Shown here: piece after piece, positions 13,763 to 28,497 of the stretch
Numbering within the stretch: position 1 is the stretch's first letter
How the letters are laid out: the number at the start of each line of letters is the position of its first letter
Origin: the human T2T-CHM13v2.0 reference genome, Homo sapiens
Strand: one strand, 5' to 3'
Length of the DNA: 64,000 nt
NCBI RefSeq assembly: GCF_009914755.1
Contig: NC_060937.1
Program-made: the position numbers and the translations under genes
Notes under the pieces: generated by a model
What the model saw: the letters and a program-made list of their open reading frames with translations, nothing else
Databases searched by the model: none
What the model was told of the DNA's origin: nothing

Positions 13763-15939
13763 GTTGCCCCTTAGCAATGAAAATTAGAATGTCTTTTTGT
13801 CCCAGGAGCTAGTAGAGCATCTTGCTCCATGGTAAGCACTCAGTAAGAATGAATACAGCGTAGAGTTATTTTCCGAGCTTCTCTCTGTTTCTGTCTGTCT
13901 GTGTCTCTTTCTCTGTCCCCTGCATCCTTGGTGTCTGAAGCCAAATGTGTTTTCTGGGTGGGCAAGGCCGCCAGCAGGGGATGCTCTGATAACTACAGCA
14001 TGTTCTCCCTCTGGTCCGCACTTTGTGCTGCTTTTCAGGCTTTTTATGGAAGATTCTGATGCAAACCTCTTCTTGATGAGGCCATGCCAACCCTCTTGGG
14101 CTCTCTGTTTAAATTTTTGTTGTTGTTGTTGCTTCTGTCTGAAACTTCACAAAATGACTCCCTTAGATTCACCCAAAATACTGTTTCTTGTCCTGAAATA
14201 GCATCTTATACTGTCACAAGCATTCTTTTCTTTTTTTCTTTTCCTGGGTTGAAAATCCTAAAAGAGTCACGGTGTCAGAGGGTTCTTCCTCAATAGCCTG
14301 GAGGCCTCACCTCTCCTTTGCTCTTGATGGAGCCCTGGAGCCAGAAGCCCAGCACCTTCCTCAGGGCCACCCTGAGGGCACCAGGAGGACAGCTCCAGAC
14401 GGCAGAGGCCCGGAGAGTGAGCCCAGCTCCCTTCTCTAGGACTCACATTTACAGCCAACCTCAAGTCAGGTGAGCCTGTTGTGGGGTCTCTGGGCTCTAC
14501 TACCAGGTCTCAGCTGTCACGGCTATTTTTCCTCTGGATTGGTCATCTCAAGTCCATCTAAAAAGTCCTCTGCGGATGATGTCCCAACTCAATGTACAGC
14601 CCAGCTGTTCCAGAGAAGGGGCGGTCAGGCCACCAGAACAAGCTGCCATCATTTAACAATTATGATGCTTCTGAGCTTCAGTTTTTACCCCTAAGTCTGG
14701 GAGAGTTAACTGGATCCGTTCTTTTCATTTGGAGTTTCAGATGTGTTTCCCAAGAGCCTCCCAGTGAGTGGTGTGGAAAGAGGCACTCACCCACACGAAG
14801 GCAGGAAGAATTGAAGCTGCCACTTTCCTGGAGCTATTTTTATTGTTGAAGCTTTTCTGAGCCCTAACACTTGACTCAGGGTTAGTCAGAACGCTGCGGA
14901 GGATGCAGCTGTGGGTCCCTGGGTGACCTCAGATCCATCTCTAAGCAAAGCCAGGGGAGGAGCATCTCCCACAGCGCTGCAGGGTCTGGGGTGGGCTGAG
15001 AACTCAGGGACCTTAACACCAGGCCTCGGGCTTCTTCAGACTCAGGGAAAGCCCACAGTGCTGCCTCATGCACTTGGACTCACTAACCTTCACCCAGGTG
15101 CAATTGCTCTGCGTTCCACAGAGTGGGTAGATAGAATCCAGGTGAGAAAACTGGCAATCTCTGGGGTCATGTCTAAGCCAAGTCAAATCTGAGCCCTCTG
15201 ACACCCTCCCCCGGCCCCCAGTTCCCTCTATGAGCCCACATGGAAGGATCTGGAACTATCTCTTCTATCTGGCTGGACGCAGTGGAGATGGCCTCTGGGG
15301 GTGGGCAAGAACTCTGAAAGTTTCGATGAAACAGGTTTGTGAGAGTCTTGATATATTGGGAATCAAGTTTTGTCAAAGTTCACAGAATTGGAGTTTCATA
15401 AAAGCCTTTTGTTATTTTTCCAAAATGGATGGTTATTATATCCCAATAGCTATACAATGCATACTTAGCTTCCGACAGAAAGAGAATCTGCTTTAGCCAG
15501 AGCAGAAGAAGCACTTTCCCGTTAGAGGGAGAGAGAGGTTCCCTGTCATGGGGTGTACTCGCACAGTGTCTGTGACTTGGGAATGCCCCGCTCCAAGGCA
15601 GGGGAGAGATGAGCCTGTCCCCGAAAGTGCTGCCTCATCTGCTCAGGCTCCAAGAAAAACTGGAAATGGTCTCATGACAGTGAGACAGTTCATATCCTAG
15701 CATCCTCCGCCTTGCTTTCCTCCTGTCTGCCAGTTTCAGGAGGGTTTCAGGGCCAGTTCTGTTTGTGGAAGAAATGTTTGTTTCTTTCTCTGTTTTATGA
15801 TTTTATCCATTTAATGAAGGAAGAAAGCCAAATCAGTGATGAGATACAGAACCCCTCGCCACAACCCCCTCCACATTCCTTCCCCAAAGCTCATTTGCCT
15901 TTTAATTTTAAACCATTTATCCTGTTGTTGCTTTGCTGC

Positions 15940-16445
15940 TCGTTAAGAGTCACCTGGGGAATATAAAATCCTCCCTGATCCCCGGGCTTGGGATTCAAGC
16001 ATCAGTAGTTTTAAAAACTCTCCAGATGATTCTCACACGCAGCCCAGTTGAGAAGCAGTAATCGACACCAGCACTGTCTCAGACTGTGTGTGTGTGTGAG
16101 GGGCAGGAGGTGGGCAGAGGGTGGACTAGATCAGTGCTTCCCAAAATCTGTCTGAACCTCAATCAGCTTTTTAAAAATACAGATTCCTGGGTCCCGTCTC
16201 TAATGTGCTAAGTGAGAGGCTATTTAGGTAGAACCCAGAAATCTGAATTTTTGAAAGCTCCCCTTGATGGTTTTGCTAATCAGTCAAGATTGGCCATCAT
16301 GGGTCTACCATGTTCGGGTCGCCCAGGGATCCTGGTCAAGTGGAGATTGTGATTCAGGAGGTGTGGAATGGGGCCCCAGAATCAGCATTTCTAACAAGTT
16401 CCCAGGTGATGCCAGTGCTCCTAAGCTTCAGGCCACACCTCGGAT
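15940..16445. mobile_element. Cluster of MER5-like fragments
   Basis: gagtcacctgggga...ctccagatgattctc; cagtgcttcccaaa...aaaatacagattcctgggtccc; aatcagcatttctaacaagttcccaggtgatgc. Confidence 0.7.
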
Positions 16446-16888
16446 AGACACGGCCATGGTGTGTTTGTTGTCCCTGATGCCAACTGATCCGTGGGGAGGA
16501 GAAAATTTTGAAGCCATTTTAGGCAAACAAACTCCTTTGAGTGTAGAACTTCTCTGGGTTGTTAGAAAATGATTTCTAGTTTTTATACAGAGATGGGACT
16601 GACAACTATGGTTTAGGGGAGGAGCTGGGCTTCCAGAATCTACAATGTTCCAGACCAAAGTAACCTGGTAGATCCATGATGCCCAATCTTGACTGATTAG
16701 CAAAACCATCAAGGGGAGCTTTCAAAAATTCAGATTTCTGGGTTCTACCTGAATAGCCTCTCACTTAGCACATTAGAGACGGGACCCAGGAATCCGTATT
16801 TTTAAACAGCTGATTGAGGTTCAGACAGATTTTGGGAAGCACTGATCTAGTCCACCCTCTGCCCACCTCCTACCCCTCACATATACAC
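16088..16888. repeat. Inverted duplication: arms 16088-16314 and 16662-16888
   Basis: Arms are reverse complements with about 9 mismatches in about 227 bp by manual count. Confidence 0.95.
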
Positions 16889-17362
16889 GTTTTATAGAAG
16901 AGGAGGCTGCCCCAGGCGTGAGCTTCCCTTCTGCAACAATACGGCATTTTCTGCTGACGACTGAGTGAGTGAGAAAAAAGAAATCTGAGTGAGTGATAGG
17001 CAGAATTTCTTCCAGGTTGCTGTTTGGGGAATCAGATTCAGGCTAATAAATTCAGGCCATGCGTCTGCCTTCGCTTTCCTTGGCTGTCAGGCTAATTTTA
17101 TGAGACAGTAAAGACAACAGCCGGGTATAGAGATGGCTAATAAAAAAGACAATTTGGCCCTTCAAGAACAGAAGGAGATTTTATGCCTCTCCAGGATGCC
17201 ATACTCCCGTGTGGAAGGGCACATGATTCTCCGAGGGATGTGCCACACCATGGGCAGGCTGGCTGCCTACCCCTCCAGCATACCTGGGTGCTGCAGCTGG
17301 TCATGGTGGGCCCTCCTTAGAAAACTCTCTGGCATTCTATCTTCCTTCAATGACCAAGGGTG

Positions 17363-17507
17363 GGCTGGGTACTTGTGGTTCTTGCCTGTAATCTCAGCAC
17401 TTTGGAAGGCCAAGTCTGGAGGATCCCTTGAGGCCAGGAATTCGAGACAAACCTGGACAACATAGCAAGACCCCATCTCTACAAAAAAAAAAGAAGAAGA
17501 AGAAGAA
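17363..17507 (+). mobile_element. FLAM (free left Alu monomer) with A/(GAA)n tail
   Basis: Single left monomer; TSD gaccaagggtg at 17352-17362 and 17508-17518. Confidence 0.88.
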
Positions 17508-17899
17508 GACCAAGGGTGAAGAATTTTAGAGCCTCATGACAAATCGCAGCCACAGTCCCATTGTAGGCATAGAAATACTTCTGCCTGCCCCACTGGGACT
17601 TCCCACAGCCCTGCCACTGGGAGCCTACAGGATGCCTACAGCTCTAAGTGCCTGTGTCAACCCGGATCTGCTCATAGTGAGCACCTGTGGGGGAGATGAG
17701 CTGCTTTCAGATCTGTTTGATACCCAACACTCATACTTGTGCCTGGATGCCCCCCCACCGTGCTCAAGATCAGCTCAAAACACTGACTGATGAGAACCTG
17801 TAGAATTTGCCATAATTATTCGTGCAATTTCTTTAACCATAACCAGTAGACTTTTTTCCCTTTATCAATGCTTGATTTTTTTTGTTAAATTAGTGTGAA

Positions 17900-18243
<344 letters not shown>

Positions 18244-18656
18244 TGAATTTTAAATTTTAAATCTTGATAATATGTAATCATTCATCAATTAATTCATTTC
18301 CTGAGCACATACAAGGTATCAGTAAATACCATCTATTTATATATTTTAATGTTCATGAGCCTGTCAAGTAGGTATGATTATCTCTACATAGGAAGAACCT
18401 GAAGTTAAGAGACCCAGAACAATCATCCAAGATTATGCAGCCGGACACCTCAGTCCATTCACTGAGGTTTGAACTCACATCTTTCTGGCTCCAAAATGTC
18501 TTCTTCCCCCAAATCACACTAACTCCAAGTGACAGTCTCTCTGTCATTTTAGAGACTGAGGGAGGCTTCTAATTGTCATTTTAAAAAATGTATTTTCATG
18601 GCAAAGATATGATAAAGCTAAAAGACACAGCACACACTGAAAGTAGTTTCAACATG

Positions 18657-19073
18657 TGAAATGGCCTGGATCTATGTCCCCACCCAAATCTCATGTTGAA
18701 CTGTAGTTCCCAGTGTTGGAGGTGGGGCCTGGTGGGAAGTGATTGGATCATGCAGGTAGATCCTTCATGAATGGTTTAGGACCATCCTCTTGGTGCTGTT
18801 CTCATGGTGGTGAGTGAGTTATCACAAGATCTGGTTGTTTAAAAGTGTGTAGCACCTCCCGTTTCTCTCTTGCTCTTGCTCCAGCCACGTAAGACATGCC
18901 CGCTTCCCCTTTGCCCTCACCATGACTGTAAGTTTCCTGAGGCTTCCCCAGAAGCAGAAGCCACTATGCTGCCTGTATGGCCTACAGAACTGTAAGCCAA
19001 TCAAACCTCTTTTCTTTATAAACTATGCAATATCAAGTATTTCTTTATAGTAGTGCGAGAGCAGACTAATACA
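18657..19073 (+). mobile_element. MST (MSTB-like) solo LTR
   Basis: tgaaatggcctggatctatgtccccacccaaatctcatg...gactaataca; flanks acatg/acaca. Confidence 0.9.
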
Positions 19074-19389
19074 ACACATAACAATATAATATACTTATCA
19101 GCACACTCATAAATCAGTAAGTTAAAATGTGTACATACTATTTTCTCAGAGAAGCTGCCCGTGACCCCCTAGTCTGTATCAGGGCCCGATTACTGCACTG
19201 CACAGCCCCCTCTGGTTTTCTTCCTGTGAGCAGCACAGCCCTGGTGGCACTTAACAAACGCTGACTGTGCAGGCCCTGTGCTACTCAACGCTAATTTAAA
19301 GATGGACAAAATAGCAGGCTGACAGGCATTATCTGTATTGCATCCCTTTTGGAAGTGTTTATACTGCCAGATTGCGGCCTATTTGTTTA

Positions 19390-19865
<476 letters not shown>

Positions 19866-21382
19866 TAACCACTGGGCACACATCCAGAAGACCTGAGTCC
19901 TAGGAGCTGCAGCCTTGGTGGTCGCATTGACTTTCCGAGTCTCAGTTTTATCAAAAATAATGGGATGGCCCTGCCAATGTTCTTTGGGAGAGTTAAATGA
20001 GACCACATCTGCAGAAGGCCCGGGATCATGCCCAGCACACTTGTTGAGGATGAAACTCTGTAATCTGGCTTGAAGTAGAAGTTTCCATTAGGCTGTGTGT
20101 TGAAAACAGGCCTAAGGTTCCTATTTTTTTTCACTGCCATTCCCTGCAATGCTGAGCCATACCTGGACTTGTGTTTACTTAATATACTGTGTATATTTTT
20201 CTCCCTCCTCTTGCCTTCCCTCCTCCTTTCCCAATAAATCCTATTTGACGGATTCAGGCCAAGGGCAGTTGTTCTCAACAGAGATATTGTTTCCTCTTCC
20301 GGCTTGCATGTTTCAAAGTCCTTGGCAGAGCCAGGTGGTCTCAGCCAAGCCAGGGAGCAGCACCGATGCACAGCCCGTGCATCCTGAATTCATAAGCAGC
20401 GCAGAAACCCTGAGCCCAGAGGGACTGCCAACAGGGTGCAGGGGGAAAACCTTTCCAAACCTGTCATGTTAACGGGGCTGCAGGAGGGCGGGGTAAGAGT
20501 GGAGATGGGAAGGGATGGGGGAGAGAAAACACATAATTAGGAAATGTGGGCTCTGGTCATTTTCCTCTCCATCCTGATTTGTTTCATGCCCCCTGAGCAA
20601 GACGCCAAGCCGGCACACATGTTTTCAGAAATGAATAAGACACTTCAACGCTTCAGAATGAAAATGACACTCTGGAAGTGTACACTTGGTGCCTGAGCCT
20701 GCCTATGTCCGCACTCACACAGATGCCCTCTAAAAGAGGCGTCTTCTTCGGGCACAGCTCGCCTCGCCCACAACGTCTGGGAAGGCAGCAGACGGCTAAA
20801 AGGAGCAATGCTGGGGCTGTGCCTGAATAAGGAGGTTCTCCTCAAGGCATTCTTTCTCGTTCATTCTAGTCTGTCAAGGAGGTTCCACTCAAAATGAATA
20901 GTTGCTAAGCCCATTCAAAACAGCTGTCCATATTCCTTAGTTAGCACGAGAGAACCCGAAACACAATATTTACATGCTGTTATTCTTTTTCGTTTCTCTT
21001 TCTTCTTCTTCTTCTTTTTTTAAGCACAACAGAGTTGGCCTTTAATGCTTGCCTTTCCTTACGTGCCCAGGTTTTTAATTGGACCACTCCCTGTGCTTTG
21101 GAGTTTGAGCGGCAGAACCGCGTAAGGAGAAGCCGTCTGGGTGTCTCCCCTCCGCCAGGCAAGGCAGACAACCAGAGCCGAGCAGCACAGAGATCTTTCT
21201 GCAGTGGGAGAAACAGATGAGAAAACTCTACGAACACACAGACACCTCTGGAGGAGGAGGACAAGCAGTAGAAGGTTACACATCTGGGTTGTGAAGGGAA
21301 TTGTGACTAATCTTGAAAGTTACAATGTACAGAAAGTTCCAGAAATGTAGACCTTTTGTTCCTTCACATTAAATGTAACTTG

Positions 21383-21670
21383 GGCCCGGTCACGGTGGCT
21401 CATGCCTATAATCCTAGTACTTTGAGAGGCCAAGGCGGGTGGATCGCTTGAGCTCAGGGGTTCAAGACCAGCCTGGCTGACACAGTGTGATCTTGTCTCT
21501 ACGAAAAATAAAACAAAATCAGCCAGACATAATGACGTACGTCTGTATTTCCAACTACTTGGGCAGTTGAGGTGAGAGGATTGCTTAAGCACAGCAGGTC
21601 AAGGCTGCAGTGAGCCATGATTATGCTGCTGTACTTCAGCCTGGGCGATAGAGGTAGACCCTGTCTCAAA
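21383..21670 (+). mobile_element. Alu (AluJ-like) with a rearranged (TA/CA/TG)n tail to about 21953
   Basis: ggatcgcttgagctc and aaggctgcagtgagccatgatt AluJ features. Confidence 0.9.
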
Positions 21671-22077
21671 TATATATATATGTATATTATATATAATACA
21701 TATGTATATTATCCAGTTTCAGATATTCTGTTATAAGCAACAGAAAACAGACTAATGCAGGCACCATAACTGCACTCATTTCATTATATACATATATATA
21801 TACACACATTATATACATACACACATATATACACACATTTTATATATATACATATATATATTTCATTTCATATATATACATATATACGTGTGTGTGTGTG
21901 TGTGTGTGTGTGTATTTATTTGAGACAGGGTCTAGCTCTATCGCCCAGGCTGATATAAGTTGCAAATCAGTGATTTTGGTGCCTGCTTCCTTATTCCTCC
22001 AGCGCAGGTACAAACTCATGTAGATGGAATCTCCTGTCCTAACAATAATAATACATTTGATTTAATAATAGCACTTT

Positions 22078-22220
22078 GGCCAGGCATGGTGGCACATGCC
22101 TGTAGTTCTAGCTACTTGGGAGCCTGAGGCAGGAGAATCACTTGGGCCCAGAAGGTCAAGGATGCTGTGAGCTATGATGTTGCCACTGCACTCTAGCCTG
22201 TGTGGCAGAGCAAGACCCTG

Positions 22221-22261
<41 letters not shown>
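22078..22261 (+). mobile_element. Free right Alu monomer (FRAM-like) with (AAT)n tail
   Basis: Single right monomer; TSD taataatagcactt on both sides. Confidence 0.85.
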
Positions 22262-22262
<1 letters not shown>

Positions 22263-22361
22263 GCACTTACCATTGTTGATCATTTATTATTGCCAGGCAT
22301 TAATTCAGGCACCTTAAACTGTACCTGTCCAATTGTATGAAATGGGTACAGTTATGGTGCC

Positions 22362-22791
22362 TGCATTAGTCTGTTTTCTGTTGCTTATAACAGAATATCT
22401 GAAACTGGATAATTTATAAAGAAAAGGCACTTACTGCTTACAGTTATGGAGGCTGCTTACAATTGTGAAGTCCCAGGTTGAGAGCATGCATCTGGTGTGG
22501 ACATTCTTGCTGGTGGGGACTCTCTGCAGAGTCTTGAGGTGGCATCACACGGCGAGGGGGCTGAGTGTGCTCATGTGCTCAGGTCTCTCTTCCTCTTCTT
22601 ATAAAGACATCAGCTCCCTTTCTGTGATAACCCATTAACCCATTAACCCACTAATTCATAAACAGATTATTCTATTCATGCTGGCAGAGCTGTCATGATC
22701 CAATCACCTCTTAAAGGTGATTTTAATACTGCCACATTGGGGATTAAGTTTCCAACATGTGAAATTTGGGGGGCACATTCAAACCATAGCA
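22362..22791 (-). mobile_element. MaLR solo LTR (MSTC/MSTD-like)
   Basis: tgcattagtctgttttctgttgcttataacag...cattcaaaccatagca. Confidence 0.85.
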
Positions 22792-23314
22792 GCTCCTATA
22801 TTGTAGATGAGGACACTGGGATCTGGATTTCTGCAGTAATCTCCCGAGGCCCATGTGATTCCCAGAGGCTGGCTGGGCTGTAATAGAAGCCAAACTTGAA
22901 ACTTGTGATCATGACACTGTATTGCCCACCTTGTGCAAATGGAAGCAATTCATTTAGGTTCCCCGAGCCTCTGTTAAGCAAGAGGATTTTATTACATGTT
23001 TTCAAAGCTCCTTCCAGACCTTTTTTTAATCAAAATGAATCCTAGCTTCATCTTCCACTCACTGCTTCTCAAGACTAAATACAGAAATGCAACATCTCCA
23101 GTTACTTGCTCCTGGTGGCAAAGTGAAGGTAGGTATTTATGGGTGGGTGATGTTAATATGGCCTCTTCACATCCCTTCCAGAGGCTCTGTGAGAGGAACC
23201 CTTATACTGTAAACAAAATATTTGAGTCCATCGAGTCTCTTACAAAAGACCTTGTTGGAGATCTCTGTAGATTAGCAGTGTGACCTAACAGATTGTAGGA
23301 GTAACACTAAAATA

Positions 23315-24010
<696 letters not shown>

Positions 24011-24049
24011 AATGAAGAAGCTTCTTACTGTTTATTTATAGTTGTATAA

Positions 24050-24500
24050 TACGTGTTTGGTTAAAAATAAAGTATAAAAAATTAAAATAACATAATTTTC
24101 ACCAACCAGAAATAACTATAATTATTTCTGTCTAATCTTTTTCCTTTGCATCCATCCATCCATCTAATATATAGAGAGAAACTCAAATATTTGAATTCAT
24201 ATTGTATAGTTATTTATTCATTTTATTATCTTCATTTAACATTGCAAGCATTTTCCAAGCAATTAAAATGTATTTATAAACATAATTGTAATGGCTACAT
24301 ACTAGTTTAGGCATGCTTTAATTTATTTAGCCCTCTCTTGTTTTTGTTTTCCTAATTTTTTTACTTTGTAAATAGCATTAAAGCACTCATACTAGTGCAT
24401 TCATTGCTGCCTGCCTCTGATTACTTCCATAGGGCTGGCTCCTAGAAGCAGAGTTACTGAGTCAGAGGACAGGTTATGTATTCGAGGAAACTTTTTACTT
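24050..24500 (-). mobile_element. Ancient L1M (L1ME-like) fragment
   Basis: Degenerate AT-rich L1 3' similarity (cctagaagcagagttactgagtcagagg). Confidence 0.5.
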
Positions 24501-24505
24501 TTTCT

Positions 24506-24612
24506 CTGTGTGTATGTGCATGCATGTGTGCGTGTCTGTGTGTGTGTGTGCGTGTGTGCATGTGCGTCTGTGTGCGTGTGCGTGCGTGCGCACGTGTGTG
24601 TGCGCGCGCGTA
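24506..24612. repeat. Alternating purine-pyrimidine (TG/CG)n tract
   Basis: tgtgtgcgtgtgcgtgcgtgcgcacgtgtgtgtgcgcgcgcg. Confidence 0.9.
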
Positions 24613-25429
24613 TTTGGATGACTTTCAGAAGCCCTTCATCCATCCTTTGTTCCTTCGGGATCTGTCTGAAGCACCTGCAATCTCCCACCTCTTTTGGTTG
24701 TTGTTGGGTACATAAAACCTCTGATGCCTGTCCTTAAAAGCTGACTTTAGGGAAGACATGTTTGAACCCTGACCATCCCTAAGGCAAAACCTAGAGATCT
24801 GAGCACAGGAAGTCTGTTGAGCAAAAGTGAATTAGACAGTAATGTTGACACAGACATGTCTGTGTCGGCATGGCTTGCATCACACAGGAGGATGTGAAGC
24901 GAAGGCAGGAACCAGCTCCCAGTTTGGGGCATGGAGAAAGCTTCCCCAGCTCAGCTGGTGTTTGGGGCCAAGGCTTCAGCTCAGCCCTGACTGCTCCCTA
25001 AAGCACTCCACACACTGTGAGGAGCAGGAAGCCTTGCTAGAGCTTCCTCTTCTGCTGGTAAACAAGTGGTTAAATGTAGCCCAGACAGCATTGACCTTGG
25101 CTTCCCCTCATTGCCCACTCACTCCTAAGAATCACCCACAGACTCACATGTAAAGGAAACCTTGAATCTCTGATCCTTAGGCAGCTTTTTGGTTTCAAAA
25201 GTCCTTGAGCCTTTTCCCTAGGGTCTGCTGACCTTTTCTTTTTATGTTTGCCCCACATCTCCCCAATACCTCCCTCCATCCAGATCTCAGCTCACTTGCA
25301 ATTCCAGGAAGCTTTGGTGACCCACCCTCTCAAACCAGATTGAGAATCGGAATGTGCCTTTTTTCCATACTGCTTTTCACAATTTGCAATTATATTAATT
25401 TGTGTAATCATTTGATTAATGTATCATTT

Positions 25430-25900
25430 AATGTTTCCATTCAGCAAATATTTTTTACATGCCCGTGTGTGCCAGGAACTATACTGTTTGCTGGGACGAC
25501 AGTGATGAACAAAACCAATTTGGTTCCTCTCCATGTGGAGTTGAAAGTCCAGCAAGAAATAAGCAAATAAAAAAGATGATTGCAATTTGTAATAAGTGCT
25601 ATAAGAGAAGTGAAATGGATGCAATTACAAAGATTGGAGGAGGGACCTCATTGGGCAGAAGGATGGTGAAGGTCACCCTGAAGTCCTGAGGTGTGGGAGG
25701 AGCCTCCCTAGGGAAGAGCCTTGGGGAAGATGCTGCTCCTGGGATGTCATAGGGACAGCTGGAGGAATTGAAAGTAGCTGCATGGAGGGAGTGCTCAGTG
25801 AGAGAGGACAGATGGACAGTGTGCAGTAGGAGAGCGACACGGAACCAGGTCAGCACAGATGAGAGGCAGAGCAGCAGCTGCTGCAGTGGATGCTGTGGAG
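25430..25900 (-). mobile_element. L2 relic
   Basis: cattcagcaaatattt...gtgccaggaactatactg...gatgaacaaaac. Confidence 0.65.
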
Positions 25901-27165
25901 GTCATGGAAGATGGTACCCATGTTCCAGCAGCAGCCAGATGGCAGTGGATTGGAGAGTGAATGGATGGTGAGGAATTAGAAAGTTTACCTCTATGAAGAG
26001 AAGTTAGGGCTGTGCAGGAGAATAAAATCATTGGATGGATGAAGACAGATTAGAAGGGCCAAGGGAGAAACTAAAGTTGGTTTTCCATTTTTTCCTTTCT
26101 TTTGGATGGGAGATGGTGGAGCATGTTTATAATCTGTGGAGATGACTCAGGAGAGAGAGAGATTGAAAGAGAGAGAGATTTACAATGCTCAAAGAGGCAA
26201 TAAACAGAGAGCTAAATCCTTGAGAAGATAAGATGGGATGGCATCCAGAAGAGAGATGAATAGATAAGACTTTTATAGGAGGAGAGCCACCTCATCAATT
26301 TTTTAACACTTTATTATGGAAAATTGCAAACCCACAAAGGTAGAGAAAATAGTATACTGAAACCCCGTATACCCATCACCCCAGCTTCACCACAGGGCCA
26401 GTTTCATTTCATCTATAATCCCAATCAATTTATCACCCCTCCCCAGATTATTTGGAAACAAATCCAAGACATGATAACTTTCCATTCACAAATACTTCAG
26501 TACGTATCCCTTAAAAATGAGGAGTTAAAAACTTATAACAAAACTATTATCATGCTTAATAATTTATTAGCATCATGAAGTATTTACTTAGTGTATACAT
26601 TTCTCCAATTGTCCCTTACAGGCTTTTATTTTTAACAGCTGGCTTGTTCAAATCAAAACCAAAGCAAGTCACACATACTGAATTTGGCTGATATGCTTTT
26701 TAAAGGGGGCTTCTTCCTCCCTTTTTTTCCTCTTAACATTTGTTGAGGAAACCAGGTCTTTTGACTTACAGAACTTCACACTTTCTGGATTTTGCTGGTG
26801 ACATACCCAAGGTGTCATTTAACACATTCTTCTCTCACTGATAACTCCTCTAAATTGCCAGCTTACATCTAACATCTGAAGATTCAGGTCTGGTGGTGGT
26901 AGTTTTTTGTTGGTTTGGTTTGGTCTGGTTTGGGGTTTGGGGTGGGGGGTTGGAGGAGGGAGAGGCAAGAGTGCCTCCCGGGTTTCTCTGTGTTTCCTGT
27001 TACATCACATCTGGGCCATGATGTCTGTTTTTCCTGAGTCTGGTGGTGTTAAAGTTGATTGCAGGGTTTGGTGGGGTCAGGCTGCTCCATCCTGCAAGTT
27101 CCTCATTAGCTCTTTACCTGTTGTCTTGGCAGTTGTGGATGGCCATTGCTGTAATTCCATCATTC

Positions 27166-27590
27166 TGTCATGGAGGGAATTGTATTACCCCAAAATTCAT
27201 ATGCTGAAGTCCTATCCTCCTGTCCTAACCTCAGCATACAAACTTATTTGGAAATAAGTTTGTTGCAGATGGAATTAGTTAAGATGAGGTCCTTTTGGAG
27301 TAGGATGGGCCGTTTATCCAATATAGCTGGTGCTGTGAAAAGAGGAGATTTGAATGCAGAGACAGATGCATAAGCACACAGGGAGTAGGCGAGTGAAGAT
27401 TGGAGTTCTGCTGCCACAACCAGGAGAGGGCCTGGCCCAGATCCTTCTTCAGTGCTTTCAGAAGGAGCACGGCCCTGCCAACACCTTGATCTCAGACTTC
27501 CAGCCTCCAGAACAGGGAGACAGTACATTGCTGCTGTTTGAACCACTTAGTTTATGGTTCTTTGTTATGGCAGCTGTAGGAAACTAATAG
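27166..27590 (+). mobile_element. MLT1B/C-like MaLR LTR
   Basis: ccccaaaattcatatgctgaagtcct...ggccctgccaacaccttgatctcagacttccagcctccagaac...ggaaactaat. Confidence 0.85.
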
Positions 27591-28497
27591 GTATTTCTTC
27601 TGCTGCTTTTGATGGGAATATTGAGAGAGAGAGAGATACTTTCCTTCACCAAGTACTTGGTTATCCTGAGGTGCAGTTCACAGAGGAAATACAGAATGCG
27701 TGCTTGGTTCTTTCTCTGTATTTACTAGTTTCTAGAATATTGAGTGGCTCCCTAGTATCTTCCAAAGGCGACTAGTGAGGTTTTGTAACGTTAGTATGAT
27801 TATAGCTATGGATTTCTAGATGTTTACGACATCTCTATCCATTGCTGTTCTTAATCTTTGCAATGATTAACTTTCCCCATCTTTGGCCAGGAACAGTCCC
27901 CTCCAGATGACTCCTGAGCCACCTGAAAGAATCTCCAATCATTTGAAGACTTTCTTGCTTTTTGGTTTAATAAAATGTTCCGGGTTCATCTTGTCCCAGG
28001 CAGGCAAACTGTCATTTCTGCAAGAGCTTCTAGCTCTTTTTAGTGGAAAATGATGTTTCAAGACCATAATGTGAGTGATAGGCATACTCATTGCTACCAG
28101 GCGATTACTGTCTCTAGACCTTTTCAGTGGATTGAGCTAGAAGAACAAACTAAGAGAAAATATATCACGAGTTTTGGCATTATTTCTCTTCTTTTACGCT
28201 AAAAACTTCTGTTCTTGGCCAATAACTTTATTATAATGAATTACTTGGTTTATCTTATTGCATGTGTCTGTGTTATAATTTTATCACACATGCAGTTAAA
28301 ATAGAATCATTTTATATATTTATAAACTCCAAAATAACAACATTATCTGTAATAATAATATTATTACTAGTAATATTTACTAACAATATTATTGCCAACC
28401 ATAATATTGCTGGAAACAGTTTTGGGTTTCTTTGTGACTCTTGTAATCCTTGGGATATGAATCCTAATAAACATGCATAGTCTAATTACTATGTTTT

